A stretch of DNA of 64,000 nt from Chloroflexota bacterium (GTDB taxonomy: Bacteria; Chloroflexota; UBA11872; VXOZ01). Of this stretch, positions 9,102 to 19,511 are shown piece after piece (within the stretch, counting starts at the first letter, position 1; the number at the start of each line of letters is the position of its first letter). The position numbers and the translations under genes are program-made. The stretch lies in NCBI GenBank assembly GCA_963662335.2, contig CAXXVD010000002.1, forward strand, positions 480,001 through 544,000, written 5' to 3'. The notes beneath the pieces were generated by a model that saw nothing but the letters and a program-made list of their open reading frames with translations, did not search any database and had not been told where the DNA came from.

Positions 9102-10847
9102 TTGCACCCAGGCGTCCAACCCATCGGCGTCTATCTGCAGGATGGCGGCCATGCGCCGCGCAGCGCCTACGTGCTGGAGATTCTCGCCCACGCGGGCATT
9201 CCGTTTACGCGCGTGGACGCCGCCGCGCTGCCGGAGGCGCTGGCGACGCTGCACGTGCTCATCCTGCCGCACCACGAGGTCACCACGCCGGAGATGGGGC
9301 GGCTCTATGGCTTCGTGACGGCGGGCGGCGTGCTGATCGGGCTGGGCGGTACCAGCGGCTTGGACGACCTCTTTGGCGTGCGCGCGCAGGCGGGCACGCA
9401 CGAAGGGTTTCTGCGGGTCGCGCAGCCGGAACATCCGCTGGTGCGCGGTCTGCGCTCGTCGTTGCACGTGTGGGACGCCGCGGCGGCGCGGGCGGCCGGG
9501 GCCGGTGTGCTGGCCAACCTCTGCGACGCGGAAGGGAAGCGCATCGGCGTGGGCGTGAGCGTCTACCGCCTGCAACGGGGCCTGAGCATCTTCTGCGCCG
9601 CGGACTTGCCCTGGTGCATCCTGCACCTGCTGCAAGGGCGGCCCGTGCGACAGGACGGCGCGCCCGCGCCGGACGGCACGGCCAACGTGGACGACGGCAT
9701 CCTGAAGTGCGACGACGGCGTCGTGCTGGATTGGGAAGCGGACCGCGCCAGCGATACGGCTCTGCCGTTCTTCCGCGAGGCGATTGGCGATGAACTGCGC
9801 GCCATTCTGCTGCGCAGCGTCTTCTACGGCGCGCAGCACGCGCAAACCGCGCTGCCGCTGCTGTGGTACTGGCCCGGCGCTTTGGAAGCCGTGGCCCACC
9901 TTTCCCACGATTCCGACAACAACGTCCTCGACCGCGCGTTCCAACTCCTTGAAAATACACGCGGCCTCGACGTGCGCTCCACGTGGTGCATCCAGTATCC
10001 GGGCTACACGCCGGCGCTCTACGCCGCCGTGGCGGATTACGGCAGCGAGATTTGCCTCCACTACGACGCGCTCTCGGGCACGGAGCCGAACCGCTGGGAA
10101 TACGATGATATGGTCTTCCAGTGGGAGCATCTGCGGCGGGAGGCCGGGTTGGACGCCATTACGACCAACAAGAACCACTACACCCGCTGGGAGGGTTCGC
10201 TGGAGTTCTTCGGCTGGCTGGAGCGCGTCGGCATTGCGCTGGACCAGTCGAAAGGCCCCTCCAAGCACGGCAACACCGGCCACCTCTACGGCAGCACGCA
10301 CCCGTGGTTTCCCATGGACCCGGCTACCGGCCGCCGCTACGACGTGTTGGAGGTCAACTTCCTGAGCCAGGACATGGTGAATCCGGCCAACCATCCCGAC
10401 GCGCCGGTGGATGAGTACGCGCCGTACGCCATTGCCGAACCGCTGGTAGACCGGGTGAAGCGGCACTACGGGGTTGCCCACTTCCTCTTCCATCCCCACC
10501 ACTGCCGGCGGCCCGGCGTGCCCGCGGCCCTGGCGGACGTGGTGCGCTACGCGCGGGAACAAGGTCTGCCGTGGTGGACGGCGGCGCAAATCAACGCCTG
10601 GGAGCGCGGCCGGCGCGCGGTGTCGTTCGCGGACGTGCGCGGCGGCGGCGCGGACCTGACGGCCGGCGCGCCGCTGGAGGACGCGACGCTGCTCGTGCTG
10701 CGCGTTGGCGATGAAGAACGCGGTCTGCAGATCGACGGCCGGCCCGCGGCCGCGCGGAGTGTCGCACGCTACGGCTTCCGGTTCCACGCGGTCACGCAGA
10801 CGCTGGACGCCGGCGCGCACACGCTGCGGTGGGACGGCTCTCCTTGA
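9102..10847 (+). CDS. Putative polysaccharide deacetylase (NodB-like) with N-terminal GATase-like domain
   Basis: SHDSD, LHY, NHYTRW and FLFHP motifs; TTG start after GGGAG RBS. Confidence 0.65.
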   Translation: MHPGVQPIGVYLQDGGHAPRSAYVLEILAHAGIPFTRVDAAALPEALATLHVLILPHHEVTTPEMGRLYGFVTAGGVLIGLGGTSGLDDLFGVRAQAGTHEGFLRVAQPEHPLVRGLRSSLHVWDAAAARAAGAGVLANLCDAEGKRIGVGVSVYRLQRGLSIFCAADLPWCILHLLQGRPVRQDGAPAPDGTANVDDGILKCDDGVVLDWEADRASDTALPFFREAIGDELRAILLRSVFYGAQHAQTALPLLWYWPGALEAVAHLSHDSDNNVLDRAFQLLENTRGLDVRSTWCIQYPGYTPALYAAVADYGSEICLHYDALSGTEPNRWEYDDMVFQWEHLRREAGLDAITTNKNHYTRWEGSLEFFGWLERVGIALDQSKGPSKHGNTGHLYGSTHPWFPMDPATGRRYDVLEVNFLSQDMVNPANHPDAPVDEYAPYAIAEPLVDRVKRHYGVAHFLFHPHHCRRPGVPAALADVVRYAREQGLPWWTAAQINAWERGRRAVSFADVRGGGADLTAGAPLEDATLLVLRVGDEERGLQIDGRPAAARSVARYGFRFHAVTQTLDAGAHTLRWDGSP

Positions 10848-10908
10848 CGGCGCGGAATCTAGCGCCGTACCCGCCTAATCCGGTAGGATAGAGCGGAAGG
10901 GAGCCGCG

Positions 10909-11400
10909 ATGCGGATTGTAATCGGCGCCGACCACAACGGTTTCGACAGCAAAGAGGCGGTGCGGCAGTGGCTGGAGGCCGCCGGCCACGCCGTGGTTGA
11001 CGTTGGGCCGCACGAACTAGATCCGGACGACGACTATCCGGACTTCGCCCGCCTGGTCGGCGAGACCCTGCAACGCGGCGAGGCCGACCGGGGTATCCTG
11101 CTCTGCGGCAGCGGCGTGGGCGCGAGCATTGCGGCCAACAAGCTGCGCGGCATTCGCGCCGGCCTCTGCCACGACGCGTACTCCGCGCACCAAGCGGTTG
11201 AGCACGACAACGTCAACGTGTTGTGCTTGGGCCCCCGAGTGGTAGGCCCGGCGCTGGTGGAGGAGTTGGTGGCGGCCTTCTTGGCCGCCGAGTTTACGGG
11301 CGAAGAGCGGCATGAGCGCCGCCTGGCGAAAGTGACGGCCCTGGAGCAGGCGGAACGAGAGGCCGGTCTGGGCCGGGCGGCGGAAGCGGAAGTTTCCTAG
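10909..11400 (+). CDS. rpiB: Ribose-5-phosphate isomerase B
   Basis: GADHNG, DDYPD, CGSGVGASIAANK, EHDNVNVL, RHERR. Confidence 0.97.
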   Translation: MRIVIGADHNGFDSKEAVRQWLEAAGHAVVDVGPHELDPDDDYPDFARLVGETLQRGEADRGILLCGSGVGASIAANKLRGIRAGLCHDAYSAHQAVEHDNVNVLCLGPRVVGPALVEELVAAFLAAEFTGEERHERRLAKVTALEQAEREAGLGRAAEAEVS

Positions 11401-11486
11401 GGTGTGTCAGTGAGGCTCCTTTGGGGATTGCACAAACGGACTACACGAACAAATCGCTAACCGCGCGGTAGCGAGAGGAGGCAACG

Positions 11487-12614
11487 ATGGCGGCGCAGAA
11501 TAGACTCGTGCAGTTGCAGGACTACGACCAGAGCGTGTGGCTGGACAGCATCAGCCGGGGGTTGATCCAATCGGGACAACTGCAGGACCTGGTGGACAAC
11601 GATGGCCTGCGGGGCATGACGTCGAACCCGGCCATCTTCGAGAAGGCGATCAGCGGCAGCGACGACTACCGCGACCAGTTGCGCGCGCTTCACGCCGGCG
11701 GCAAGAGCACGGCGGCAGTCTACGAAGCGGTGGCGGTCACCGACATCCAGGCGGCCTGCGACGTGCTGCGCCCGGTCTACGACGCCAGCGACGGCGAGCA
11801 CGGCCTGGTCAGCCTGGAGGTCTCGCCGGAACTCGCCTTTGACACGGCGGGCACGATTGCCGAGGTGCGCCGGCTGTGGCGGCAGGTGGACCGCCCTAAC
11901 CTGATGATCAAGATTCCGGCCACGGACGAGGGCATTCCCGCGGTGCGCCAGATGCTCACCGAGGGCTACAACGTCAACATTACGCTGATGTTCTCGCTCA
12001 CCGACTACGATAACGTGGCCGAGGCGTACATTTCCGCCTTGGAAGCGCGCGCGGCGGCCGGGCAGCCGATCGACCGGATTGCGTCCGTGGCGAGTTTCTT
12101 CGTGAGCCGCATCGACACGCTGGCCGACGAACTGCTGGAGGCGCGCGTCCAGGCCGGCGAATCCCGCGCGCAGGAACTCATGGGAAAGGTGGCGATTGCC
12201 AACGCGAAGATCGCCTACCAGCACTTCCTGGACTTCTTCAAGTCGGAGCGCTTCGCCAAACTGGAGGCGCACGGCGCGCGGGTGCAGCGCGTGCTCTGGG
12301 CCAGCACCAGCACGAAGAATCCCGCGTACGCCGACGTGATGTACGTGGACAATCTGATCGGCCCGCATACGGTGAACACCCTGCCGGACGAGACCATGGA
12401 CGCCTTCCGCGACCACGGTACGCTGGCGCAGACGGTGGACACCGGCGCGGCGGAGGCGCAAGCCGTGCTGGATGCGCTGGCGGACGTGGGCGTGGATTAC
12501 GCCGCCATGACGCGGCAACTCCAGCAGGAAGGCGTGGATAAGTTCGTGCAGCCCTACCACGCGCTGCTGGAACGCATCGAGCAGGTGTGCGCGGAACTGG
12601 TCGCCGCTACCTAA
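11487..12614 (+). CDS. tal: Transaldolase (long actinobacterial/cyanobacterial type)
   Basis: QSVWLD, GMTSNPAIFEKA, MIKIPAT, NVNITLMFS, SVASFFVSRID, LWASTSTKNP. Confidence 0.97.
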   Translation: MAAQNRLVQLQDYDQSVWLDSISRGLIQSGQLQDLVDNDGLRGMTSNPAIFEKAISGSDDYRDQLRALHAGGKSTAAVYEAVAVTDIQAACDVLRPVYDASDGEHGLVSLEVSPELAFDTAGTIAEVRRLWRQVDRPNLMIKIPATDEGIPAVRQMLTEGYNVNITLMFSLTDYDNVAEAYISALEARAAAGQPIDRIASVASFFVSRIDTLADELLEARVQAGESRAQELMGKVAIANAKIAYQHFLDFFKSERFAKLEAHGARVQRVLWASTSTKNPAYADVMYVDNLIGPHTVNTLPDETMDAFRDHGTLAQTVDTGAAEAQAVLDALADVGVDYAAMTRQLQQEGVDKFVQPYHALLERIEQVCAELVAAT

Positions 12615-12674
12615 GCGCCTGGAATCGGTTGATGTTCTCGTGCCACGAGTACGCCCGCTGCGTGCAAACTAGCC

Positions 12675-12698
12675 GTAGCGCGGGGGCTTGTCCCCCGC
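12675..12698. repeat. GTAG-type REP between tal and pgi
   Basis: GTAGCGCGGGGGCTTGTCCCCCGC. Confidence 0.9.
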
Positions 12699-12768
12699 CT
12701 CCCCGTGTCGGGGCGCGGGGCAGGCTTGACCCGAAGCGTAAACACCATCTTGGGCAAGGCGCTTAGCA

Positions 12769-14451
12769 ATGGCGGGGCAAACCGGTAGCACGGAGGCCGC
12801 GCTTGCGCAGGCGCTTGAGTCGCTCGCGCAGGGAGAAGTAGGCAAGCGCCTCTGGCGGAAAGACGCCAGCCTCTGGACTGACGAGCCGCCGGTGCAGGCG
12901 GCAATTCGCGACCGCCTGGGTTGGCTGAACGTGGTCGCGGACGTGCGGCGCGCCGGGCTGGACGAGATCAACGCCGTGGCGCGCGCGGCGCGGGCGGACG
13001 GCTTTACCGACGCCGTGATTCTCGGCATGGGCGGCAGCAGTCTTTGTCCGGACGTCTGCCGCGTCACGTTCGGCAGCGCGCCCGGCTGGCTGCGGCTGCA
13101 CGTGCTCGACAGCACCCATCCCCGCGCCGTGCGGGCTATTCGAAACGGCGTAGACCCGGCGCGCACGCTCTTCGTGGTCTCCAGCAAGTCCGGCACGACC
13201 GGCGAATCCAACGCCTTCTTCCACTACTTCTGGGAACAGGTGGTGAAAGCCGGTGTCGCGCAACCCGGCGCCAACTTCATCGCCGTCACCGATGCCGGCA
13301 CGCCTCTGGATGAAGAAGCCGCCGCGCGCGGCTTTCGCCACGTCTTCCGCAATCCCGCGGACATCGGCGGCCGCTATTCGGCGCTTTCGTTCTTTGGGCT
13401 CGTGCCCATGGCACTGATTGGCATGGAGGTGGCCGGCTTTCTGGAGCGCGCCGGGGACATGGCGCGCCGCTGCGGGCCCGGCGTTGCCGCCGCAGATAAT
13501 CCCGGCCTTGCGCTGGGCGCGCGGCTTGCGGTTCATGCCCGGCAGGGCCGGGACAAGCTGACGCTGGTCTGCGCGCCGGAGATTGCCACGCTGGGCTGGT
13601 GGCTGGAGCAACTCGTGGCGGAGAGTCTCGGCAAGCAGGGCGTGGGCATCGTGCCGGTAGAAGGCGAGGAACTTGGTCCGCCGGAAGCGTACGCGAATGA
13701 CCGCGTGTTCGTGCACGTCACGCTTGCGAACGCGGATGAAGGTGACACCGAACAACGCCTGTGCGCGCTGGCTGCGGCGGGCCAGCCGGTAATCCGCTTG
13801 GAGACGGCGGCGCCGCTGGACGTGGGGCAAGAATTCTTCCGCTGGGAGACGGCAACGGCGGTCGCCGGACACCTGCTCGGCGTCAATCCCTTCGACGAGC
13901 CGAACGTCCAGGAGAGCAAGGACAACACCGCCGCGCTCCTGCGGACGTATGAAGAGGAAGGAAAGCTCCCCGCTGAGAAGCCGGCCATCGCTGATGGTGT
14001 TCTCTCCCTATACGGGGAGTGCGCGGGCGAAAGCGTCACCGCCGCGTTGCGCCGTTTTGTCGGCCAGGCCGGGCCTCGCGATTACGTCGCGCTGATGGCG
14101 TACCTGCCACAGGAAGAAGCGATCCAAGGCGGTTTGGACGCCATTCGCCGTGCCGTGCGCGCCGCCACGGGCGCGGCGACCACGGTGGGCTACGGCCCCC
14201 GCTTTCTCCACTCCACGGGACAATTGCACAAGGGCGGGCCGAACACCGCGGTGTGCCTGCAACTTACGGTTGACATTGCCGAGGACCTGCCAATTCCCGG
14301 CGCGCCGTACTCGTTCGGCGCGTTCCTCCAGGCGCAGGCGCTCGGCGACCTGCGCGCCCTGCAACGCCACGGCCGGCGGGCGCTGCGCGTGCACCTGGGC
14401 GCGGACTGCGCGGCAGGTCTCGCCGCGCTGGAACAGGCGCTGGGCGGATAG
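12769..14451 (+). CDS. pgi: Glucose-6-phosphate isomerase (type found in Tal-Pgi fusions)
   Basis: RLGWL, GMGGSSL, SSKSGTT, GGRYSAL, EQLVAESLGK, NPFDEPNVQESK, YGPRFLHSTGQLHKGG. Confidence 0.93.
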   Translation: MAGQTGSTEAALAQALESLAQGEVGKRLWRKDASLWTDEPPVQAAIRDRLGWLNVVADVRRAGLDEINAVARAARADGFTDAVILGMGGSSLCPDVCRVTFGSAPGWLRLHVLDSTHPRAVRAIRNGVDPARTLFVVSSKSGTTGESNAFFHYFWEQVVKAGVAQPGANFIAVTDAGTPLDEEAAARGFRHVFRNPADIGGRYSALSFFGLVPMALIGMEVAGFLERAGDMARRCGPGVAAADNPGLALGARLAVHARQGRDKLTLVCAPEIATLGWWLEQLVAESLGKQGVGIVPVEGEELGPPEAYANDRVFVHVTLANADEGDTEQRLCALAAAGQPVIRLETAAPLDVGQEFFRWETATAVAGHLLGVNPFDEPNVQESKDNTAALLRTYEEEGKLPAEKPAIADGVLSLYGECAGESVTAALRRFVGQAGPRDYVALMAYLPQEEAIQGGLDAIRRAVRAATGAATTVGYGPRFLHSTGQLHKGGPNTAVCLQLTVDIAEDLPIPGAPYSFGAFLQAQALGDLRALQRHGRRALRVHLGADCAAGLAALEQALGG

Positions 14452-14533
14452 TGTTGACACCTCAGCCGCTAGAGTCCTTCATCCCGATCCTCTCCTCAGC
14501 TATTGGTAATTGTATTCGATGGGCGACTTAACG

Positions 14534-14760
14534 TGTCATTCCGAGCGCAGCGAGGAATCTAGGGCACATCCTCCACGCAGTCTCATGGCCTCAGCACGCT
14601 AGATTCCTCGCTGCGCTCGGAATGACATTTACGAATTTCCCGTTAGCCTCTCCCAGGGAGAGGGAGATGTGCGGCGAGCGAGGCGGGGGACAAGCCCCCG
14701 CGCTACGTCGGAGCGACCGCATTGCCCCCTCACCCCGGCCTTCTTTCTGAAGGAGAGACA
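14534..14760. repeat. REP cluster (GTCATTCCGAGC doublet, CCTCTCCC hairpin, GTAG REP)
   Basis: Inverted pair 14534-14627, hairpin at ~14647-14664, GTAG REP 14683-14706. Confidence 0.8.
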
Positions 14761-14907
14761 GTTTACTTGCGCTGGCGGCTAATGCGGAAAGTTTGGCAGC
14801 CGCACGCGCTATAATGTGGGGCAAGCGCTGTTCCTGGCGCTGTGCAGCGGGAAGTCCAGTTGAGCGGCGGAAATCGAAGTTGAGCCGCGGGATGAGGAAA
14901 GCAATTC

Positions 14908-16455
14908 ATGCAAATCACGCCGCCCGCCGATGACAGGGAAACGGGCGCGCCCACGCCGCGCGGGCCGGAAGGCTGCGTCATCGTGATCTTTGGCGCGACC
15001 GGCGACCTGACCGGCCGCATGATCGTGCCGGCGCTCTATAGTTTGCGCCAACGCGGCCTGCTGGGAGACGACTTTGCGATCGTCGGGTTCTCCCGCAGCA
15101 AGTGGGACAGCGGCAAATTCCGGGACGAGATGAAGTCGGCCGTGCGCGAGTTCGGCGGCGAGGAGCGGCTGGACGATGCAGCCTGGGGGCGGTTTGCGCA
15201 GCGGCTGCACTACATCTCCGGCAACTATGACAATACGGAGGACTTCCGGCAGCTTGCGGCGCTGCTGGGCGCGGTTTGCGCTGAAATCAACTGCGGCGGC
15301 AACTACGTGTTCTACCTTTCCACGCCGCCCAGCGTCTATTCCGACATCATCGCGCAACTGGGCGCGGTGGGGCTGCACCAGGCGCAGGCGGACGCGTCGT
15401 CCTGGCGGCGCGTAGTCATCGAAAAGCCGTTTGGCCGGGACCTGGCCTCCGCCCACGCGCTGAACGCGCAACTTGCCAGCGTCTTTGCCGAAACCCAGAC
15501 CTACCGCATCGACCACTACCTGGGCAAGGAGACCGTGCAGAACATCCTGGTCTTCCGGCTGGCGAACCACATCTTCGAGCCGCTCTGGAACCGGCGCTAC
15601 GTGGACCACGTGCAGATTACGGCATCGGAAAGCATCGGCATCGAGCACCGCGCCGGCTACTACGAAGAGTCGGGCGCGATGCGCGACATGTTCCAGAACC
15701 ACCTGCTGCAACTCTATTCGCTGGTGGCGATGGACCCGCCGGTGGTGTTCGACGCCGAGGCGGTGGGCGCGGAAAAGGTCAAGGTGCTGCGCGCGACGCG
15801 CCCGATCCCGCTGATGCAAATCGACCAGTGGGCGGTGCGCGGGCAATACGGGCCCGGCTGGGTGCGCGGCGAATACGCAAAAGGGTACCGCGAAGAGGAG
15901 AATACCGACCCGAACTCGAACCGCGAGACCTTTGCCGCGCTCAAGCTCTACATCGACAATTGGCGCTGGGAGGGCGTGCCGTTCTATCTGCGCTCCGGCA
16001 AGAGCATGACGAAGAAGGTGACCGAGATTGCCATCCAGTTCAAGCGCGTGCCGCATTTGCTCTTCGGGCTGACCCCCGCCGATACGCTGAATCCCAACGC
16101 AATTGTCATTCGCGTGCAGCCCAACGAGGGCTTCTCGCTGCAATTCCGCGTGAAGTCGCCCGGCCAGACAATCCGGGTGCATCAGGTCAGCATGAATTTC
16201 GATTACGAGTCGCTCTTCAATGGTGAAGCGCCGCCGGCGTACGAAACGCTCTTGCTGGACATCATGCGGGGCGATCGGACGCTCTTCGCCCACGGCGAAT
16301 GGATCGAATACGCCTGGGACTTGATTACGCCTATCATCGAGACTTGGGAATCCCGCCCGGCCAACAACTTCCCGAACTATGAAGCCGGTAGCTGGGGGCC
16401 GCCTGAGGCCGATGCCCTCATCGCCATGGACGGCCGCTCCTGGCGGCGGCCGTAA
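14908..16455 (+). CDS. zwf: Glucose-6-phosphate 1-dehydrogenase
   Basis: IFGATGDL, EKPFGRD, RIDHYLGKE, RDMFQNHLLQ, PFYLRSGK, YEAGSWGP. Confidence 0.98.
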   Translation: MQITPPADDRETGAPTPRGPEGCVIVIFGATGDLTGRMIVPALYSLRQRGLLGDDFAIVGFSRSKWDSGKFRDEMKSAVREFGGEERLDDAAWGRFAQRLHYISGNYDNTEDFRQLAALLGAVCAEINCGGNYVFYLSTPPSVYSDIIAQLGAVGLHQAQADASSWRRVVIEKPFGRDLASAHALNAQLASVFAETQTYRIDHYLGKETVQNILVFRLANHIFEPLWNRRYVDHVQITASESIGIEHRAGYYEESGAMRDMFQNHLLQLYSLVAMDPPVVFDAEAVGAEKVKVLRATRPIPLMQIDQWAVRGQYGPGWVRGEYAKGYREEENTDPNSNRETFAALKLYIDNWRWEGVPFYLRSGKSMTKKVTEIAIQFKRVPHLLFGLTPADTLNPNAIVIRVQPNEGFSLQFRVKSPGQTIRVHQVSMNFDYESLFNGEAPPAYETLLLDIMRGDRTLFAHGEWIEYAWDLITPIIETWESRPANNFPNYEAGSWGPPEADALIAMDGRSWRRP

Positions 16456-16595
16456 CAGGTGTTTACGAGCGCCGCCGCTCCGCGCGGTCACGCTTGGGTG
16501 AGCGAGATTCTGCTACACTGAGAACACTTGCCTTGGCAGCGCCATCGCTTGATTCTCTGGATAGAGACTGCCACTGTGGAGTACTCATAGGAATC

Positions 16596-18350
16596 ATGAG
16601 ACGTTCAATCCTACTCTGCGAAACCCTGCGTGACGATCCCGCGGAAGCGGACGTGCCCAACCACAAGCTGTTGGCGCGCGGCTGCTATATTCGCCAGCTT
16701 GCCTCCGGCATCTATAGCCTGCTGCCGCTGGGCGCGCGGGTGGCGGCCAAGATCGAGCGGGTCTTGCGCGCGGAGATGGACGCCATCGGCGGGCAGGAAC
16801 TCATCATGCCGGTGGTGCAGCCGGCCGAGATTTGGCAGCAGTCGCGCCGCTGGTACGACATTGGCGACGACCTGGTGCGGCTGAAAGACCGCGCCGACCA
16901 CGACCTGGTGCTGGCGATGACCCATGAGGAAGTCATCACCAGTCTCATCGGCTACAACGTCCACTCCTACCGCCAATTGCCGGTGATGCTCTACCAAATC
17001 CAGACCAAATTCCGGGATGAGCCGCGTCCGCGCGCGGGCGCAATCCGGCTGCGCGAGTTCACCATGAAGGACGCCTACAGCGCCCACGTCTCGCAAGAGG
17101 ACCTGGACCGCTACTACCCGGCGGTCTACCAGGCCTACTTCAACATCTTCCGCCGCTGCGGGCTGGACGTGATGTCGGTAGATTCCGACGTGGGCATGAT
17201 GGGCGGCACCATGGCGCATGAGTTCATGTCGCTAACGCCGGTGGGCGAGGACACGCTGGCGCTCTGCGACGCCTGCGGCCTGAGCGCCAACCGGCAGATC
17301 GCGACGTTTCGCAAGGACGTCGTGGACGGCGGCGCGCCGCTGCCGCTGGCAGAGGTGGCCACGCCGGACACCAAGACCATTGCCGCATTGGCGGACCTGC
17401 TGGACATTCCCGAGACGAGCACCGCGAAAGCCGCCTTCTTCATGGGCGATAGCGGCCTGATCTTCGCGGTGGTGCGCGGCGACATGGAGGTGAACGAGAC
17501 CAAGCTGGTGAACGCCACAAAGACCACGGCGCTGCGGCCCGCTACCGAAGGCGAATTGCGCGAACACGGCATTGTGGCGGGCTATGCCTCGCCGATTGGC
17601 GTGACCGGCGTGCAGGTGGTGGTGGACGACCTGGCGGCGGAGTCGGCCAATCTGGTGGCCGGCGCGAACCGGGAAGGCTACCACCTGCGCAACGTGAACT
17701 ATGGGCGCGACTTTTCCGCGGACGTGGTGGCGGACATTGCCAGCGCGTACGACGGCGCGCCCTGTCCCCGCTGCGGCGGGCCGCTGCGCCTGGAGCGCGC
17801 GATCGAGGTGGGCAACATCTTCAAGCTGGGCACGAAATACGCGGCGGCGCTCAAAGCCCAGTACCGCGATGAGGCCGGGCAGCAACATCCCATGGTGATG
17901 GGCTGCTACGGCATCGGCGTGGAACGGCTGATGGCGGCGATCGTGGAGGCCAGCCACGATGAGCGCGGCATCATCTGGCCGGTTGCGGTCGCGCCGTATG
18001 ACGTCTACCTGGTCGTCTTGAACCAGAACGACGAAGCCGTAATGCACGCCGCCGAGCAACTCTACGCCGACCTGGGCGCGGCCGGTATCACCGTGCTCTT
18101 CGACGACCGCAACGAAAGCCCCGGCGTGAAGTTTACCGACGCGGATCTCTTGGGCATGCCGCTGCGCCTGACCGTCAGCCGCCGCACATTGAAGAACGAG
18201 GCGGTGGAATTGAAACACCGCACGGACAAAGACTTTACGCTGGTGCCGCTGGCCGAGGCTGTGGCGCGGGCGCAAGCGCAGATTGCGGCCTTGCAGGCGG
18301 CCATCGACGCGACGGTAGTGGCGGAAGCATTTCCGGCGCCCGCCGGCTAG
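16596..18350 (+). CDS. proS: Proline--tRNA ligase with INS editing domain
   Basis: THEE, QIQTKFRDEPRPR, REFTMKDAYS, IEVGNIFKLGTKY, MGCYGIG; ATG at 16596. Confidence 0.97.
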   Translation: MRRSILLCETLRDDPAEADVPNHKLLARGCYIRQLASGIYSLLPLGARVAAKIERVLRAEMDAIGGQELIMPVVQPAEIWQQSRRWYDIGDDLVRLKDRADHDLVLAMTHEEVITSLIGYNVHSYRQLPVMLYQIQTKFRDEPRPRAGAIRLREFTMKDAYSAHVSQEDLDRYYPAVYQAYFNIFRRCGLDVMSVDSDVGMMGGTMAHEFMSLTPVGEDTLALCDACGLSANRQIATFRKDVVDGGAPLPLAEVATPDTKTIAALADLLDIPETSTAKAAFFMGDSGLIFAVVRGDMEVNETKLVNATKTTALRPATEGELREHGIVAGYASPIGVTGVQVVVDDLAAESANLVAGANREGYHLRNVNYGRDFSADVVADIASAYDGAPCPRCGGPLRLERAIEVGNIFKLGTKYAAALKAQYRDEAGQQHPMVMGCYGIGVERLMAAIVEASHDERGIIWPVAVAPYDVYLVVLNQNDEAVMHAAEQLYADLGAAGITVLFDDRNESPGVKFTDADLLGMPLRLTVSRRTLKNEAVELKHRTDKDFTLVPLAEAVARAQAQIAALQAAIDATVVAEAFPAPAG

Positions 18351-18370
18351 TTTCCCTGAACTCCCGGCGC

Positions 18371-18510
18371 CAAGCCGTAGCGCGGGGGCTTGTCCCCCGC
18401 TCCTTCGTGCGCAACGCACACATCACTTCTGGCACAGGCCCAAGCCGTAGCGCGGGGGCTTGTCCCCCGCTTCTTTGCGCGGTGCATACGCTTCCTCTCT
18501 GGCACGGCGC
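18371..18510. repeat. 70-bp tandem duplication, each unit holding a GTAG REP
   Basis: caagccgtagcgcgggggcttgtcccccgct at 18371 and 18441; both units end in ctggcac. Confidence 0.85.
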
Positions 18511-19428
18511 TTAGGTGAACGAACGCGGGGAGTGCACCTCCAGTTCGATGCGCAAATCGAGCGTCCAGCGCGCTTGGTTGAGATAGGCGGCAAAGTCCAT
18601 TGGCCGGAAGCCGAGCGTCTGTTCCATTGTTTCCACGTTCGCCGTGAAGCCTGCTTGCCAGAGCCAGTCGTAGTACGCCGCGTAGTCCGCGCCCATGCTC
18701 TCGGCAACCCACTCCGGCGGCAGGGGATAGAAATCCACCGTACGGCCAATGGCGACACCGATCGCTGCGGCAATACCCTCCCACGTGAGCGCATCGCCGG
18801 CGAGGTCGAGGGTCTTGCCGGCCCAGACCTCCGGTTCGCTCAGAATCGTAGCGGCGGCGCGGCCTATGTCGTCCACGGCCACCAGTTGGGTGGCGATATG
18901 CGGCGGCATGGGCGCGTGCAGCCGTCCCGCCAGCAGATTGCCCGCCAGCGCGCCGGCGCCAAAGTTGTCCATGAAGAAGACCGGCCGCAAGATTGTCCAG
19001 GCAAGGCCGCTGGCTTGCAGATACGCTTCCGCGCGCTGTTTCTGCGCGTAGTGGGGCACGTGCGCCAGGTCTGCCGCGCGCTGCACCGAAGAATAGACGA
19101 CGTGCTCTACGCCTGCGTTCCCCGCCGCGTCGATGCACGTTTCAAGCTGCCGCCACTCCGTTTCCGGTCCGGCCGGCTGTGTGGGAGACGCGGCATAGGG
19201 CGTGCCCATGAGAAAGAGGGAGTCTACGCCCTGGCAGGCGCGCCGCATTTCCTGGTGCGCGGTCATGTCGCCGACGACCACCTGCGCTCCGGCTTCGATG
19301 AGCGTTTCGGCGCGGGCAAAGTCGCGGGTTAGGGCGCGCACGGTGTGTCCCGCCGCCAATAGCGCCCTAGCCACCGCGCCGCCTTGCTGGCCGGTAGCGC
19401 CGGTCACGAGCGTCACCGCTTTGGACAT
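18511..19428 (-). CDS. NmrA/HSCARG-family NAD(P)-binding protein
   Basis: LVTGATGQQGGAVARALL, HVVYSSV, PHY..K, ILRPVFFMDN. Confidence 0.92.
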   Translation of the reverse strand: MSKAVTLVTGATGQQGGAVARALLAAGHTVRALTRDFARAETLIEAGAQVVVGDMTAHQEMRRACQGVDSLFLMGTPYAASPTQPAGPETEWRQLETCIDAAGNAGVEHVVYSSVQRAADLAHVPHYAQKQRAEAYLQASGLAWTILRPVFFMDNFGAGALAGNLLAGRLHAPMPPHIATQLVAVDDIGRAAATILSEPEVWAGKTLDLAGDALTWEGIAAAIGVAIGRTVDFYPLPPEWVAESMGADYAAYYDWLWQAGFTANVETMEQTLGFRPMDFAAYLNQARWTLDLRIELEVHSPRSFT

Positions 19429-19511
19429 TGGGAGCAACCCCCCTTCTCTGCGCCTGTGCGCTCGTGAATGGTACCACGCCCGGTGGTATAGTGGTGATGG
19501 GAGGGATTGCA

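Noticed and set aside
8808-10820. Long antisense ORFs (also 5539-7167, 7167-8708, 14809-16491, 41648-43870 and others)
   Set aside because: Shadows of real genes in GC-rich DNA; Arg/Ala/Gly-biased with no motifs
16456-16595. T-box leader upstream of proS
   Set aside because: No T-box consensus or terminator/antiterminator, and the region is too short
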